Shown here: positions 61,855-64,000 of the stretch, one piece after another
Layout: each line of letters starts with the position of its first letter
Position numbering within the stretch: position 1 is the stretch's first letter
NCBI RefSeq assembly: GCF_028641065.1
Contig: NC_073401.1
Span: 25,420,001-25,484,000 of the forward strand
DNA: 64,000 nucleotides
Source: Leucoraja erinacea
Lineage: Eukaryota
Direction of reading: 5' to 3'
Translations under genes and position numbers: made by a program
Notes under the pieces: generated by a model
Told to the model about the DNA's origin: nothing
Seen by the model: the letters and a program-made list of their open reading frames with translations, nothing else
Database searches by the model: none

Positions 61855-63640
61855 GGTCATATGGGATAGTAGAATTAGGCCGTTTGGCCCATTAAGTCTA
61901 CTCCGCCATTCAATCAAGGCTGATCTATCTTTCCCTCCTAACCCCATTCTCCTGCCTTCTCCCCATAACTCCTGACACCTGTACTAATCAAGAATTTATC
62001 TATCTCTGTCTTAAAAATATCCACTGACTTGGCCTCCACATCCTCTGTAGCAAAGAATACCACAGATTCATCATCCTATGACTAAATAAATTTCTCCTCG
62101 TCTCCTTCCTAAAAGATTGTCCTTTAATTCTGAGGATATGACCTCTAGTCCTAGACTCTCCCACAAGTGGAAACATCCTCCCCACATCCACTCTATCCAA
62201 GCCTTTCACTATTCTATAGGTTTCAATGAAGTCCCCTCTCATTCTCCTAAACTCCAGCGAGTGCAGGCTCAGTGCCAACAAACGCTCATCATAGGTTAAC
62301 CCACTCATTCCTGGGATCATTCTTGTAAACCTCTGGACCCTCTCCAGAGCCAGCATATCCTTCCTCAGATATGGTGCCCAGAATTGCTCACAATATTTCA
62401 AATGTGGCCTTACCAGCGCCTTATAGAGCCTCAGCATTACATCCCTGTTTTTGTATACAAGCCCTCTTGAAATAAATGGCAGCATTAAGTTCGCTTTCTT
62501 TACTGCTGATTAGACTTTCAGATTAACATTTTGGCAATCCTGCACCAGCACTCCCAAGTCCCTTTGCACCTCCGATTTCTGGATTCTCACCCCATTTAGA
62601 AAATAATTTCCTACTTCACGCTTTGCTATACTATATCCCACCTGCCACTTCTCCGCCCACTCTCACAGCCTGTCCAAGTCCTTCTGCAGAGTACCCACCT
62701 TCTCTACACTACCTACCCCTCCACCTATTTTCTACACCACCTGCCCCTCCACCTATTTTCGTATAATCTGCAAACTTTGCCACAAAGCCTTCAATCCCTT
62801 CGTCCAAATCATTAATATACAATGTGAAAAATAGCAGCCCCAACACCGACCCTTGCGTAATTCCACTAGTCACTGGCAGCCGTCCAGAAAAATCCCCCTT
62901 TATTGCCACTTTATTGTCTTCTGCCATCCAGCCAACCTGCTTTCCATGCTAGTATCTGCCCTTTGATACCGTGGGCTTTCAACTTATTTAGCACCTTATC
63001 AAAGGCTTTCTGAAAATCTAAATCTGACTCCTTTGACTGTCCAGCTATTTAGTTCTTCAAAGAATTCCAGCAAATTTGTCAAGTAAGACCTCCCCTACAC
63101 AAAGCCGAACTGACTTTGGCCTATTTTATCGTGAACTTCTAAGTACTCCGTAACCGCATCCTTTATAATGGACTCTAAAATCTTACCAACCACCGAAGTC
63201 AGGCCAGCCGACCTATAGTTCCCACTATTCTGCCTAGCTTCCTTTTTGTGCAGCAGGGCAATTTTCCAATCATTTGGTCCAACTCCTGTCGATATCACTG
63301 TCAATGCCTCCACAACCTCCACAGCCACCCTTGGGTACAGTCCATCCTGTCCAGGTGACATCCACCTTCAGCCCTTTCACCTTCCCAAGCACCTTCTCCC
63401 ATCGTAATAACAACTCCACTAACTCCCACCCCCTGACTCTCTCGAATTTCAGGCCCGTTGCCGGTGTATTCCACTGTGAAGACTGATGCAAAAAAGTTAT
63501 TCAGCTCCTCTGCCATTTCTTTATTCCCCATTACCACTTCTCCTGCATCAATCTCCAGTGGTCCAATGTCCACTCTTGCCTTTTGTTCTCTTTATATAAC
63601 TGAAGAAACTCTTGCTGTCCTCTTTTATATTATTTCCCAA
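61855..63640 (-). mobile_element. CR1 LINE RT region, duplicate copy
   Basis: Paralogous to 54097-55880 (here FADY instead of FADD). Confidence 0.92.
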
Positions 63641-64000
63641 CTTTTTTTCCACCCGACACCAATCAGTCTGACAAAGGGCCCAGCCCCGAAACGTCATCTG
63701 TCTATTCTCTCCACTGATGCTGCCTGACCCGCTGAGTTCCACCGGCATCCTTGTGTTTTGAACACTTTCCCACAGCTTTGCCCCTCACCCCAGCCACAGT
63801 AACAAAGCAGGACAAGCAACATCTCTGCAGAGAAGGGATGGGTGATGTTTCGGATTACATAGAAACATAGAAAATAGGTGCAGAAGTAGGTCATTCGGCC
63901 CTTTCGAGCCTGCACCGCCATTCAATATGATCATGGCTGATCATCCAACTCAGTATCCTGTACCTGCCTTCTCTCCATGATCCCTCTAGCTACAAGGGCC

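Larger units (their letters stand above)
48803..64000. repeat. Tandem segmental duplication, unit ~8.1 kb (48803-56885; 56886 to beyond window end), each unit carrying an ISG15-like gene
   Basis: Similarity starts at gtgatgaaaaactcaaactgga (48803 vs 56886); offsets 8037 at the CDS and 7757 at the promoter after intronic indels; identical nested TE fragments in both units. Confidence 0.95.

Noticed and set aside
1-64000. CRISPR arrays or prokaryotic operons
   Set aside because: Vertebrate sequence with spliceosomal introns; no regularly spaced repeat-spacer array.

Overview
Repeat-rich eukaryotic genomic DNA, almost certainly from a cartilaginous fish (skate/ray type): HE1/V-SINEs, CR1, Rex1/Babar and RTE LINE fragments, Penelope-like remnants, pogo/Tigger-type MITEs, a Gypsy remnant and two assembly gaps. 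Genes in order: the last coding exon of HNF1A (+, 2550-2677); a complete six-exon CUSTOS/C12orf43 gene (-, 21120-33342, 277 aa); an intact 172-aa single-coding-exon gene (-, 40251-40769) with an N-myristoylation-type start and a phage/giant-virus-type T5orf172/MUG113 (GIY-YIG superfamily) motif pattern; and two ISRE-driven di-ubiquitin ISG15-like genes (-, 50330-50797 and 58367-58834) in a recent ~8-kb tandem duplication that runs off the window. Highlights: (1) the ISG15-like genes sit in the position and orientation that OASL (OAS + two ubiquitin-like domains) occupies next to HNF1A-C12orf43 in human, suggesting an unfused ancestral state; (2) the T5orf172-like gene beside this interferon cluster is a candidate domesticated, possibly inactive nuclease; (3) the two ISG15 paralogues differ more in the CDS than in sampled flanks (13 nonsynonymous vs 3 synonymous changes); (4) many Penelope-associated minimal hammerhead-ribozyme motifs. 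All calls are by-eye; no searches were run.
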